From: a virus
Strand: one strand, 5' to 3'
IMG/VR virus record: IMGVR_UViG_3300036832_000855
Span: 32,001 to 96,000 of that record
Length of the DNA stretch: 64,000 nucleotides
Below, piece after piece: positions 36,524 through 46,439 of the stretch (position 1 is its first letter; the number at the start of each line of letters is the position of its first letter). The notes below the pieces were generated by a model, which had not been told where the DNA came from, did not search any database, and saw only the letters and a list, made by a program, of their open reading frames with translations. A program made the translations under genes and the position numbers.

Positions 36524-39500
36524 AGCTGCGCCTCCAACGACTTGGCGAGCGCCGCCAGCTCCTCGTCAACGATCTTCTGGATGTCGCCCTTGCGGTGCAC
36601 CTCGACCTTGTGGATCTCGATGTGCACGGGGCTGCCGACCCGACCCTGGCCCGCGGGCGACACCGTGACCCGCTCGCCGCCGGGCCGGTCGCCGACGCCG
36701 ATGATCTGTGGGCGCCGGGCGATGAAGTCGCCGCCCTCCGCGAACCACGGCACCCTGCCGCCCAGGGCGTGACCCTTCGCGAACTGCTTGCCGATCGCCG
36801 CCTGGTTGGCCTGGATACCCATCGCCTCCGCCTGCGTTGGCTGGTAGCCAGGCTTGCCGACGCCCGGGTTCACGCGGAGCAGGAGGTTCTTCTTTGACTT
36901 CGCCACGCTCGTGTTGTCGACAACGCCGCCGAGCGCGAAGCCGTGCGGGTGACGGTACTGGTCGAACTTCTGCGACCAGCCCGAGTCGCGATGCGGGCCG
37001 CCGTCACCGCCGCCCGACTCGAAGTACTGCCCCATGATCTCCATCATCGTGTGCGCCTGCTGCCCCGAGCTGCCCCAGGTGCCGATGGTGATGTACTGGC
37101 CCGGCCCTGGGTCGGTGTGCTGGTTGATCGGCTGCGCGGCCGTGTAGTACGCCCACTTCGGCCAGATGCCCGCTGCGTCCATGATCGTGCTCACGTACGA
37201 CGAGCAGTCGTACGAGCCGAGTCCCCATCCGGCGCCCTGGTGACCGTACGGCGGGTGACGCGTCGCCAGCTCGTTCGCGAACTGCAACGCCGCCTGGACC
37301 TTCGGGGGAGTAGGACCACCGGTCGGCGTGAACGAGGGGCCCGGACCGCCGCCGCCACCGATCATCGCGGGCTGCGCCGCCTGGACCGCCTGATTGGCAG
37401 CGTTGACGATCTGGGTGATCGCTGCTTGGCCGATCGCAGTGATCGCGCCCGCCGGACCCGCAACCGTCGGCGTCTTGATCGTCGGGGCGATCCCACCGCC
37501 ACCCGCGCCGCCAGTGATCGCGCCACCGAGCTGGCCCGCGAACGCCGCGTTCGCGTACTTGATGCGGTTCGCCAGGGCCGGAATGCCCGCCCGCTCGAAC
37601 GACTGCTCGAAGATCGTGGCGGCGGCGCCGGGGGTGGCGGCGCTGTTCATCGACCCGCGGATCCCCATGATCTGCGGAAGCATCTTTGCCCACTGCGCTT
37701 GCAGCGTGCCGCCAGTGCCTGACCCGAAGTTCGAGATCTGCTGCCACATGCCACCGCCGGGCGTGTTCGGGTTCAGCCCCGACTCCTGCATCGCGTTGCC
37801 GAGCAGTCCGGCGACAGCGATCTTGTTGAACCCGGCGGCCGACGCGAGCGAGTTGACCTCGCCGACCACCCCACCGGTCTGGTAGCCGGGCACTGTCCAG
37901 TTGGTCGAGATGCGCCCGCCGGTCGCCCACCGGGCCGCGTGCGGCGTCGTCTCACCCGCAACCTCCCCGCCGAGCGACGTCCCGCGGGGCAGCATCGAGT
38001 TGACGCGCGCCTCGGTGTGCCGGTTGACGACCAGCTCACCGCCGTCGGCCAATCCCAGCAGACTGCCCCCAGAGCCGTAGAGAGGGATGTGGTCGCCACG
38101 CGGCTCCCCAGGTAGGCGCCCACCCCTCGCCTTGCCTTTCGTGGCCGCAGCGACGCCCGCGGGCGGCTGTACGCCCATCGTCTTGAACGCGCCCGCCATC
38201 GCCTTGAGGATCTGGGCGATCCCGGTCTGGACGTCGGCGATCACCAGCGTCCAGATCTTCTGGAGGCTGTCCCTGGTGTTCGTGAAGTTCAGCACCATCG
38301 CGTCCATCGCCGACTTGCTCTGCGGCGGCAGGATCTGGTTCATCTGGCTGCCGAGCCAGCTCATGTCGTTCTGGATCGCCTGAACGGCCGTGTGGCTGGC
38401 CTTGGAGAACTGGCCCAGCTCGGTCTCGACGGTGTTCAGCGCGCCGACCATCCCGCTGCGCGGATTGGTCAGCTCGTTCTCGGTGTCCTGGAGCGCCTTG
38501 CTCATGCCCGCGAGCGCGTTCATGATCTGCTGCGACTGCTGCACGAGCTTGGTCATCGCAGCCTGCGTCGCCCGGAGCGTCTGCGTGAAGTTCGCGGCTC
38601 CTCGCGCGCCCGTCGGCGCCGCAGAGCCCAGGCCGGTGGGCACCGGCGTGCCCGTCTGCATCCCGTACTCGGGCAGCATGTGGTTCGGCGTCACCCGTGA
38701 GCCTCGGGGCAGGTGCAGGATCTCGGGCCCGGCCTCCCCGACGAGCACGTCCGTGGTGTGCGGCACGACGCCGCCGCCCGCGAGCCCGATGCTCGGGAGC
38801 GGGACGGAGACCCCGAGGATCTTGTGGCTCTTGAACCCGATGTGCGGGATGTGCTTCTTGACGAAGTCGAACGCCGTCGTGAACGGCTTGGTGATCGCGC
38901 CGAACAGCCCGCCGAGCCCCTTTGCGATCGCGCCGGGGATCTGGCTGAAGATGCGGCCGATCCGGCTCGGGAGCGTCGAGACCCAGTCCCACGCCGACTT
39001 GAATGCGCCCACCACCCACTTGGCGGCATCGCTGACGATCCTCTTGATCGTCCCGAAGTGCTTGATGAACTGGGCGATGATGAACGGGAGCGGACCGGCC
39101 AGGGCGGCGAACAGGTCCCAGTGCTTCTTGATGAAGTTGAACGCGTTCACAGCCGCGCCCGTGATCCACTTCCACGCCGCCCTGAACGGACTGATAATCG
39201 CTTTCCCGACCCCGGCGAACCACGTTCCCGCTGCGCTAAAGGCCGTCTTGATGGCCTTCCAAGAATCGCTCGCAAGCTTTCCAAGCTTCTTCGGGTTCAG
39301 GCCGAGCGCCTTCGCGCCACCCCAGGCGGCACCGAGCCCTGCGCCTACCGCAGCGCCCTCCGGGCCGAGGATCGCGCCCATGCCCGCGCCGGACAGCGCC
39401 GAGCTGGCGATCCCGCCGAAGGTGGACCTCGTGAACCCCTTCGGGAGAACGCTCTGCAACAGCGGGAGGCCCAGCGCAGCGACCCCGCCGAAGCGCCCAA

Positions 39501-41400
39501 AGTGCCCGCCGACCTTTGCGAGCCTGCCGATCTCCCCCTCGACGCCGCCGCCGCCCTTGAAGAGCCCCGAGAGCCCGAGCTTCCCGCCGATCTTCCCGAA
39601 GAAGCCGCCGACCTTGCCCAGCAGACCGCCCCTCCCTCCTGCCGCCGCTGCCAAGCCCGCCTCCTCCAACGGGAGCGCCAACTGCTCGCCCTCCGCCGCG
39701 ACCCGGCCGATCCCAACCCTCCTGAGACCCCTTGCGATCCCCCCTCGAATTCCGCCCTTCTCCTCCCACGCCGACAGGCGACGGCTCAGTCGCCCGCCAC
39801 CACCGCCGCTATCCAGCGTGTCCGTGCCGTTGCTCCCGACGGTCCGAACGAACAGCGGGTCCATCGGGCTGTCGCCCTTCTCCTTGAACTTGCCGAACGC
39901 CTTGCCGATCGCCTTGACCGGACCGGCCGCCCCGGAGATCATCTTCCCGCCGATGAAGGCCAGCGAGAGCGCCGTGATCGCCGCGGGCGGGAAGTGCTTC
40001 AAGACGAACTGGGTGGCGGCCCCGAGCGGCTTGAAGACCTGGTAGATCTGCATCAGCGACGTCGCGACGCTCTTGAGAACAGGCCAGAGCTGCGCCGCCT
40101 GGTCCATTGTCCGCTTGAACCAGTCCTGGATCCCCTTCGTACCGCCCGGCTTCGCCAGCATGTTGGCGACCTTGGTGACGTAGTCCGCCCACTTCGTGAC
40201 CGCGCCGGTGCCGGTCTTCATCCCGGCGCCGATCACGTCGCCGATAATCCGCGCGATCCCGCCCAGGAGCTTCGCCCACTCCTTGAACGCGTTGGTCATG
40301 TTGGTGATCGTGTTCCGTCCGCGCGTCGACCCCGTCCACGCCTCGAACGCCTTGGCGATCTTCTCGAACCCGCCACCCGCCTTGTCCAGGGTCGGCGCGA
40401 TGACCTTGAGGATGTTGCCGAGGCCCTTGAGGAGATCCACGACGCCGCCGATGGCGCCGCCGATGTCTGCGCGGAAGATGCTGCCGAACCCGCCGATCAG
40501 GGGCTTGAGCGCGCTGACCAACGGCCCCATGTGCGTCCGGATCGCCTTCTCGACCGCGGCCATGTTCTTGTCGACTTCCTTCGCAAGCCACGCGGTGTTC
40601 TTGACCAGGAGCGCGACCCCCTCGTTCGCGAGCTTGAGGAAGCTCGCCTTGCCCGGCGCCGTCGCCTTGTCCCACTCCTTCTTGAACTTCGCGATGTTGG
40701 CCGCGAGCCCGGCCACGCCCGGGTTGGCCTTCGCGAGCTGATCAACCTGGCGCTGGGCCGTCTTGATCTGCCCCGGCTTCCCCGAGGCGATGGCCTTGTT
40801 CAGATTGGTGACGGCCTTCTGGTAGTTGGTGAGCTGCGTGATCGCTGGCTTGGCAAGAACCGCCACCGAGCCGAGCCCGACCCCGAACGCACCCACCAGA
40901 CCGCCGCCAAGCAGCGCACCACCGCCCACCGCCCCGATCAGGGACGAGCTGACTGCGCCTATCGCCCCGGCTAACTGGATGATGATCGGGATCGCCGAGA
41001 CGATCAGCGTCCCCATCATCGGGAGCGCTGTCGCGAAACCCTTCACCGCACCGCCCAGACCACCGAAGGCCTGGGCTGCACCCTGAACCGCCGGGTGCAG
41101 GTTCACGAACGATCGGGTTGCGTTCTCGATGTGCGCCTTGATGTTCTTGAGCCTGAGCGCCGACCGGTCCAGCTCCCGCCCGAAGACCTCAAGCGTCAGC
41201 TTTCCCTTCTGGGTCTCCCCACGCCAGCTCTTGGCGGACCTCTCGGCCTTGCCGAACCCGTCGCTGAGCATCGAGAGCTGCTTGTTGTTGCCCATCGACC
41301 CCAGCGCCTTGTCCGCCATGACCGCGTTGCGCTGAATGGTGCGCAGCGGTCCGCTGGCCCGGTCGATCAGGTTGAAGACGGCTTCGAGGGTTACGGCCAT
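36520..41400 (-). CDS. Tape measure protein with tail-lysozyme and NlpC/P60-like domains
   Basis: 1626 aa; AGLLGNAMQESGLNP...FERAG; PYGH...YDCSSYVS. Confidence 0.92.
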   Translation of the reverse strand: MAVTLEAVFNLIDRASGPLRTIQRNAVMADKALGSMGNNKQLSMLSDGFGKAERSAKSWRGETQKGKLTLEVFGRELDRSALRLKNIKAHIENATRSFVNLHPAVQGAAQAFGGLGGAVKGFATALPMMGTLIVSAIPIIIQLAGAIGAVSSSLIGAVGGGALLGGGLVGAFGVGLGSVAVLAKPAITQLTNYQKAVTNLNKAIASGKPGQIKTAQRQVDQLAKANPGVAGLAANIAKFKKEWDKATAPGKASFLKLANEGVALLVKNTAWLAKEVDKNMAAVEKAIRTHMGPLVSALKPLIGGFGSIFRADIGGAIGGVVDLLKGLGNILKVIAPTLDKAGGGFEKIAKAFEAWTGSTRGRNTITNMTNAFKEWAKLLGGIARIIGDVIGAGMKTGTGAVTKWADYVTKVANMLAKPGGTKGIQDWFKRTMDQAAQLWPVLKSVATSLMQIYQVFKPLGAATQFVLKHFPPAAITALSLAFIGGKMISGAAGPVKAIGKAFGKFKEKGDSPMDPLFVRTVGSNGTDTLDSGGGGGRLSRRLSAWEEKGGIRGGIARGLRRVGIGRVAAEGEQLALPLEEAGLAAAAGGRGGLLGKVGGFFGKIGGKLGLSGLFKGGGGVEGEIGRLAKVGGHFGRFGGVAALGLPLLQSVLPKGFTRSTFGGIASSALSGAGMGAILGPEGAAVGAGLGAAWGGAKALGLNPKKLGKLASDSWKAIKTAFSAAGTWFAGVGKAIISPFRAAWKWITGAAVNAFNFIKKHWDLFAALAGPLPFIIAQFIKHFGTIKRIVSDAAKWVVGAFKSAWDWVSTLPSRIGRIFSQIPGAIAKGLGGLFGAITKPFTTAFDFVKKHIPHIGFKSHKILGVSVPLPSIGLAGGGVVPHTTDVLVGEAGPEILHLPRGSRVTPNHMLPEYGMQTGTPVPTGLGSAAPTGARGAANFTQTLRATQAAMTKLVQQSQQIMNALAGMSKALQDTENELTNPRSGMVGALNTVETELGQFSKASHTAVQAIQNDMSWLGSQMNQILPPQSKSAMDAMVLNFTNTRDSLQKIWTLVIADVQTGIAQILKAMAGAFKTMGVQPPAGVAAATKGKARGGRLPGEPRGDHIPLYGSGGSLLGLADGGELVVNRHTEARVNSMLPRGTSLGGEVAGETTPHAARWATGGRISTNWTVPGYQTGGVVGEVNSLASAAGFNKIAVAGLLGNAMQESGLNPNTPGGGMWQQISNFGSGTGGTLQAQWAKMLPQIMGIRGSMNSAATPGAAATIFEQSFERAGIPALANRIKYANAAFAGQLGGAITGGAGGGGIAPTIKTPTVAGPAGAITAIGQAAITQIVNAANQAVQAAQPAMIGGGGGPGPSFTPTGGPTPPKVQAALQFANELATRHPPYGHQGAGWGLGSYDCSSYVSTIMDAAGIWPKWAYYTAAQPINQHTDPGPGQYITIGTWGSSGQQAHTMMEIMGQYFESGGGDGGPHRDSGWSQKFDQYRHPHGFALGGVVDNTSVAKSKKNLLLRVNPGVGKPGYQPTQAEAMGIQANQAAIGKQFAKGHALGGRVPWFAEGGDFIARRPQIIGVGDRPGGERVTVSPAGQGRVGSPVHIEIHKVEVHRKGDIQKIVDEELAALAKSLEAQL

Positions 41401-41664
41401 CTAGCCCCCCATCGCCCGCGCCACCCGGCGCGACGTCGAGCCGCCAGCGAGCTTCGTGTCCTGGTCGAGCGACGCCATGGCGCACCCGTACATGAAGTGG
41501 CGCAGACGGCTCGGGTACATGGGCGGGCGCGCGTCCTCGTTCGGGCGCCCGAGCGGCCGGTAGTCCTCGTCGAGCCCGTTGTAGGTCCGGTAAGGGTCCT
41601 CACCGCCGTACCTCCAGGCCAGAGACAGAAGCCGCGCTTCGCCCCCGGCCTTGATCAGTTTTTT
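41401..41664 (-). CDS. Tail assembly chaperone -1 frameshift extension (gpGT-like)
   Basis: Slippery A AAA AAC at 41664-41658; -1 frame open to TAG 41403-41401, abutting the TMP ATG. Confidence 0.8.
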   Translation of the reverse strand, partial: KKLIKAGGEARLLSLAWRYGGEDPYRTYNGLDEDYRPLGRPNEDARPPMYPSRLRHFMYGCAMASLDQDTKLAGGSTSRRVARAMGG

Positions 41665-42266
41665 GCGCTCAGGGCGTCCCGTACGTCGTCGTCGTCGAAG
41701 CCGGACAGCGCCATGATCTGCGTCGCGAGCTGGGCGATCAGGCCCGGCTTCTTCGAGAAGCGCTTGAGCAGGATCGCCTCGGCCTGCTTACCCTGCTGCT
41801 CCGCCAGCGCCTCGATGTCGGGCTCGACCGAGCCCGCGACGATCACCTTCAGGTTCCCGAGCTGGTCGACCGCGAGGTCATCCTGGCGGCCGCGGCGACG
41901 CATCGCCGACGTCTGGCGCTGAATCCGGCGCAGCACGTCGCCGTCGATCGGCCGCACGACCCACGAGATCCAGTGCTGCGCGTCACCGATGCCGACGTTG
42001 ATCTCGACGGTGTGCGTCTGCTCGCCGTCCTCGTCGGGCTCCTCGGAGAGGAACCACTCCAGCGCCGACGTCGCCTCGGTGTCCGTGACGGGCCGATCGG
42101 CCGCCAGCGAGTCGAGAACCTCCGGGACCGGCCGATCCTCCTGGGGCCGGTCGTCGCGGCCCCTCAGGGCCGTGGGTGGCGGCAGCGCCTGGGCCTGCTC
42201 GCGCTGGTGCCGCGACTGCGGCGGCTGCTGTACGCGGACATCCTCCGCGACGGGTGCATCTGCCAT
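41655..42266 (-). CDS. Tail assembly chaperone (gpG/XkdN-like)
   Basis: PGLIAQLATQIMALSGF; upstream of TMP. Confidence 0.8.
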   Translation of the reverse strand: MADAPVAEDVRVQQPPQSRHQREQAQALPPPTALRGRDDRPQEDRPVPEVLDSLAADRPVTDTEATSALEWFLSEEPDEDGEQTHTVEINVGIGDAQHWISWVVRPIDGDVLRRIQRQTSAMRRRGRQDDLAVDQLGNLKVIVAGSVEPDIEALAEQQGKQAEAILLKRFSKKPGLIAQLATQIMALSGFDDDDVRDALSAKN

Positions 42267-42311
42267 GTGACTGCTCCTTCGGGGCCGGTGGCCTCGCGAC
42301 GGTTTGACGGA

Positions 42312-42515
42312 TCAGCCATGGCGCGTCACCTCGCGGAGTGCTCGTGCAGAGGACTGTCGTTGCGGTGTGGGATCGAAGTCGCGCTCGCCTTCGGGCAGGC
42401 GGCATGCGACCTCGACGTGGGACATCCTTGCCAGGAGATCTCGCTGTCCGTGCGAGTTCTTCAGGACGATGTAGGCCTTCAGCTCCAGCCAGGCCCGCTC
42501 GTAGTCGACGATCAC
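42312..42515 (-). CDS. Hypothetical protein
   Basis: Short ORF between tube and chaperone genes. Confidence 0.45.
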   Translation of the reverse strand: MIVDYERAWLELKAYIVLKNSHGQRDLLARMSHVEVACRLPEGERDFDPTPQRQSSARALREVTRHG

Positions 42516-42519
42516 GGGA

Positions 42520-43062
42520 TCAGCTCAGCGAGTCGAGCACCGTGATTGCGGGCTGGCCGGTCACCGGGTTGGTCTGCCCCTGGATGATCTCGTAGGACTC
42601 CAGCGGCTTCTCGGTCTCCCACCCGAAGGTGAACGACCGGTCGAGCACGTCGGTGGTGATGTTGAACCCGAGCGGGAGGTCCCAGATGAGGCAGCCGTTG
42701 AACTGCCACACCTCGAAGCCGAGCGCGTCCGGGTCGTCCAGCCACACCTGCATCGAGAACGCTCGCATCGAGCCCGCGACTGTCCCGCGCGCGGCGCGGC
42801 GGTCGGCCAGGCTCTGCGACAGGTAGCTGTAGATGTACTTCTCCCAGTGGGAGTCGACCTTCTGGACCGTGAACGTGCCCTCGCGCGTCTCCCGGCCGGG
42901 CTTGATGCCCATGCGGGTGGCGCCCACGAGTGGGATCTCGACCTTGGCGACCGTGATCGTCGCCGTGACGTCGGTGATCTCCGCTCGGATGTGACCGTCC
43001 ATGATCACGTAGCCGTACATTCCGCCGACGCGGTATAGGCCCTCGCTTGATCCGATTGACAT
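42520..43062 (-). CDS. Tail tube protein (XkdM-like)
   Basis: GMYGYVIMDG...LDDPDALG...FTF; follows sheath. Confidence 0.85.
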   Translation of the reverse strand: MSIGSSEGLYRVGGMYGYVIMDGHIRAEITDVTATITVAKVEIPLVGATRMGIKPGRETREGTFTVQKVDSHWEKYIYSYLSQSLADRRAARGTVAGSMRAFSMQVWLDDPDALGFEVWQFNGCLIWDLPLGFNITTDVLDRSFTFGWETEKPLESYEIIQGQTNPVTGQPAITVLDSLS

Positions 43063-43074
43063 CGCTCACACCTC

Positions 43075-44571
43075 CTAACTGATGTAGACGAGGTTGTAGA
43101 CCTGCTCGACCGATCGGCCGAACGCGATGCCGTACACCAGCGCGATGAACTCGTCCTGATCGGTCGGCGGCGGGGTCGGATCGACCCCGACGCTGAAGCC
43201 GGACTGGATCACGCCTTGGTCGGCGCGCGCCTGGATGACCTGGTGCGCGTAGCCGACAACGTACGCGCGCGTCGCGTCATTCACCTGCAGCGAGCCGATG
43301 GCGTTCGAGGCCGACCAGTTAGTGATGTCCAGCTCGATGCCGTGCATGGTCCTGACGAACTTCGGGTTGCGGTAGATCAGGTACGGCTTGTTGACGTCGC
43401 CGCCGATGTAGGTGGTGAGGCCCTTCTCGACGCGTACCGGAGAGTCCGTGTTGGAGTCCTGCCCGAAGCAGACGACGCCGCCGTTGAAGCAGGCTGTGAT
43501 GTCGGAGTCGGTCGGCATGACGCCCGCTACCGTGTCCACCAGCCGCGCAAACGTCAGGCTCATCGACTCGCCGCGCGCGGCCAGGATGCCCGCGATCCGC
43601 GGCGCGAGCTGCGACGTGGACAGCGTCCCGAACTCGCTGTCGACCAAGGTGCCAACGCCGACATTGACGATGTTCTCGCCCGCAGGCCCCTGCGCCCCGG
43701 CCGACAGCGTTGCCGACCGCGCGACAGCCGTCGCCGCAGTGTCGCTGATGGCTCCGCCGACCACCATCATGAACCGGCGACCGACCAGGTTGGAGGACTG
43801 GCACCACGCCTGCAGCGAAGCGAGCGTCGTGGGGTCGATCATGTCGAACGCGGCGAACAGCGAGAAGCGCGCGGTCGTGACAGCGTTGATCATGTTCTGC
43901 CAGTCCGCCTGCACCAGCGTCGAGCCATCGTTGCCGGTGGTCAGCGGCGTGATCACGTCCGGCGCCACCGTGGTCGGTAGGGCTACGCCGTCGAGCGTGA
44001 GCGTGGCCGTCACCCACTGCGAGCCAGCGTTGATCTGACTGACGAGGCTCAGAATGCTGACCTTGGCGTACGTGTAGGTCTCAGCGAGCTGCCCGCTGAC
44101 GTAGACCAGGAAGTCGTTCTTCGTCGCGTCGCTCGCGTTGACGTGGCTCTTGTAGCCGATGTTGTTGCCGAACGAGCCCGGATACTTCGCGGTCAGGGTC
44201 AGCGCCGCGGCGGGCGTTAGGTTCTGGATCGCGATCGTCGCGGCCTTGCCGCTGGCGCCGACGATCCGGTAGACGAGCACCTCTCCAGCCCCGCCTCGAC
44301 CCTGGAGACCCTCGCCCTTGAAAGCCTGCTTGACCGCCCGATAACCCGGCGCCGGTAGCCCCCCAATCACAGTGGTCGCACCGAACTGCGCCTGGAAGTC
44401 ACCCAGCGACATGGTCGGAGTCACGACCCCGGCCGGACCCCAGTCGTGCGTGATCCCGAGCAGGACAACCGACCCGATGTTCGGGGGAACGACCTGAGTC
44501 GGCTGCGCGGCCCAGTCGAAGTAGGCGCCGGGCCGGATCGGCCGCGCACTCTTTGAGAAGACACCCGGCAT
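43075..44571 (-). CDS. Tail sheath protein
   Basis: RPGAY N-terminus; WGP; AKYPGSFGN; VEKGLTT. Confidence 0.9.
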   Translation of the reverse strand: MPGVFSKSARPIRPGAYFDWAAQPTQVVPPNIGSVVLLGITHDWGPAGVVTPTMSLGDFQAQFGATTVIGGLPAPGYRAVKQAFKGEGLQGRGGAGEVLVYRIVGASGKAATIAIQNLTPAAALTLTAKYPGSFGNNIGYKSHVNASDATKNDFLVYVSGQLAETYTYAKVSILSLVSQINAGSQWVTATLTLDGVALPTTVAPDVITPLTTGNDGSTLVQADWQNMINAVTTARFSLFAAFDMIDPTTLASLQAWCQSSNLVGRRFMMVVGGAISDTAATAVARSATLSAGAQGPAGENIVNVGVGTLVDSEFGTLSTSQLAPRIAGILAARGESMSLTFARLVDTVAGVMPTDSDITACFNGGVVCFGQDSNTDSPVRVEKGLTTYIGGDVNKPYLIYRNPKFVRTMHGIELDITNWSASNAIGSLQVNDATRAYVVGYAHQVIQARADQGVIQSGFSVGVDPTPPPTDQDEFIALVYGIAFGRSVEQVYNLVYIS

Positions 44572-44574
44572 GTG

Positions 44575-44886
44575 CTATCCCTCCTCGTCGCCTTCGGTCT
44601 GGACCGGCTGTTCGAGCCACGCGTCGACCTTCGCCTTGGCCTCGGGCGCAGTCATCATCCCGTCCAGGTCGCCGCTCAGCGCACCCATAGCGGTGTGCGA
44701 CGGAACGCCGAGGAAGTCCGACGACTCCTCGACCAGTTGGGTGACCGGCACCGCAACGACCTCGGGCTCCTCGGAAGCATTCGCGGTGACCTCTGGACCG
44801 ACCTCGACCGTCTCGGTCGTCGTGGCTTCGGGCTCGGCCTCAGCAGCCTTGGCTGCCCTGCTCCCGCGGTGCGATGTTTCCGACAT
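44575..44886 (-). CDS. Small acidic tail-region protein
   Basis: SD GAGGAG; -10 TACTAT upstream. Confidence 0.6.
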   Translation of the reverse strand: MSETSHRGSRAAKAAEAEPEATTTETVEVGPEVTANASEEPEVVAVPVTQLVEESSDFLGVPSHTAMGALSGDLDGMMTAPEAKAKVDAWLEQPVQTEGDEEG

Positions 44887-44940
44887 TCGTGCTCCTCTCT
44901 GTGAACCCCACAGGCGGGCTGCGCCGATAGTAAGGCTGGA

Positions 44941-45513
44941 TCAGGACCCGGCCACAGATGAGGTTGAGACGCCGACGCCCGTGAGCACCGGCGCAGCCGG
45001 AACCGTGTCGGCCAGCCTGCGCCAGGTCAGGCGCACGTCACAGACCACGGTCCACAGCGTGTTCTCGTCCGGGTCCGGGAACGGCTGCGTCGAAAGGTCG
45101 TTGACGCGCATGAACGCGCGCGGATACCAGGTGCCCGCGTCCCAGTGCTTGACGTGGTAGTAGTTGTACAGCGGCACGCGCAGCGGGCGTCCATCCTCCA
45201 CGCCGACGCGGAACGCCTTGTACAGCGTGTTCTCGACCGACTGGGCGAGCAGCATCGCGTGGTCCGGATCTCGCCCCTGCTCGGGGTAGGCAGCGATCAC
45301 GAACGGCTGCACCATGTCAGCCACCCAGCGCCCGCCGGTCAGCGGGTACGTCGTTCCAGCAACCTGCCAGACGCGGGCGAACGGCCGGGCGAACGCACCC
45401 TCCTCGCGCGACAGGCGCACCTCCCAGTCGTCGCCGAGCGCAACCGCGACGTAGCGCTTGACGCTGCGCAGCGCGTCGATGTGGCTGCGCCCCACGTCCG
45501 GATCGGCGCTCAC
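44941..45513 (-). CDS. Putative tail terminator/completion protein
   Basis: Synteny before sheath. Confidence 0.55.
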   Translation of the reverse strand: MSADPDVGRSHIDALRSVKRYVAVALGDDWEVRLSREEGAFARPFARVWQVAGTTYPLTGGRWVADMVQPFVIAAYPEQGRDPDHAMLLAQSVENTLYKAFRVGVEDGRPLRVPLYNYYHVKHWDAGTWYPRAFMRVNDLSTQPFPDPDENTLWTVVCDVRLTWRRLADTVPAAPVLTGVGVSTSSVAGS

Positions 45514-46043
45514 TTCGCCTCGCCCTGGGCCTTCAGCATCTGCTCTTCCATCACTCGCGTGAAGTCCCGGAGATCTGCGTCCAGGGCCGGGTCACCGGCC
45601 TCCAACACGGCAGCCGCCTTCTCGATCATGTGCGCGCCCTCGCTGCCCGGATGCCACACCCGGCGCGCGAACACGCGCATGCCCGTCAGCGGGTCGATCC
45701 ACGACAGCGCCTGGTTGGGGGGGTGGGGCTCGATCAGGTACTTGCGATGCTGCGGGCCGAACAGCCCCGTCCCGTAGTTCACGTACGGCGCGTAGTCGAC
45801 GTCCGTCTTGACCCTCCCCACGTAGTGCCCTTCGCGCCCCGCAAGCTCGGCCGCCAGCTTGCCGGTCGTGTACCAGCTCGTGCGCAGGTTCCCGGTCCTG
45901 ATCGGCGTGTACTCGGCGATCAGGTCGTGCAGGCGATCGGTACCGGTGCTCGCCATGCGCCTGGCCGACTCCCGCGCCGGTTCGGGCGCGAAGGCGTTGG
46001 AGAGGCTCGGCCCGTAGTACTTGGCTTCGAGCGCGGCCGCTAT
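45510..46043 (-). CDS. HK97 gp10-like neck protein (start uncertain)
   Basis: TPIRTGNLRTSW...YAPYVNYGT...VWHPG. Confidence 0.75.
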   Translation of the reverse strand: MAAALEAKYYGPSLSNAFAPEPARESARRMASTGTDRLHDLIAEYTPIRTGNLRTSWYTTGKLAAELAGREGHYVGRVKTDVDYAPYVNYGTGLFGPQHRKYLIEPHPPNQALSWIDPLTGMRVFARRVWHPGSEGAHMIEKAAAVLEAGDPALDADLRDFTRVMEEQMLKAQGEAK

Positions 46044-46438
46044 AGCTCGGCCCTCTCGAACGGATGCTCTTCCACGCGGGTGATGTTCGCCATCCAGCCG
46101 ATCAGCTTGCGCTTCTTGCGGATCGGCTCGCCATCGGAGGTGATCTCGTACAGCGCATCGCCGAGCTGCTTGGAGTTGACCCACAGCCGGTCCGCTGCGC
46201 TGATCGTCACCACGCCGCCGTCGAAGTCCTTGACGCCGCACAGGATCGTGCCGGGGTGCGGTACGCGCCGACGCCCCGCCTGCGGATCGTCGGACTCGGG
46301 CGCTGGCGAGAGCTGCAGACGGACCTTGAACCACGGGCCGTTCAACGTCCGGAAGATGGTCGTGCCCTCGACCTTCTCGCCGGTCGGCGTCTCGGTCACG
46401 CGCCGGGCTCGGTCGACCAGCGCGGCGTTGAGCGACAC
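46040..46438 (-). CDS. Putative head-closure protein
   Basis: Synteny; beta-rich. Confidence 0.55.
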   Translation of the reverse strand: MSLNAALVDRARRVTETPTGEKVEGTTIFRTLNGPWFKVRLQLSPAPESDDPQAGRRRVPHPGTILCGVKDFDGGVVTISAADRLWVNSKQLGDALYEITSDGEPIRKKRKLIGWMANITRVEEHPFERAEL

Positions 46439-46439
46439 C

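Noticed and set aside
44571-44581. TGTGCTATCC as another operator/promoter copy
   Set aside because: Half-site only, spanning a stop/start junction antisense to the late operon; likely chance
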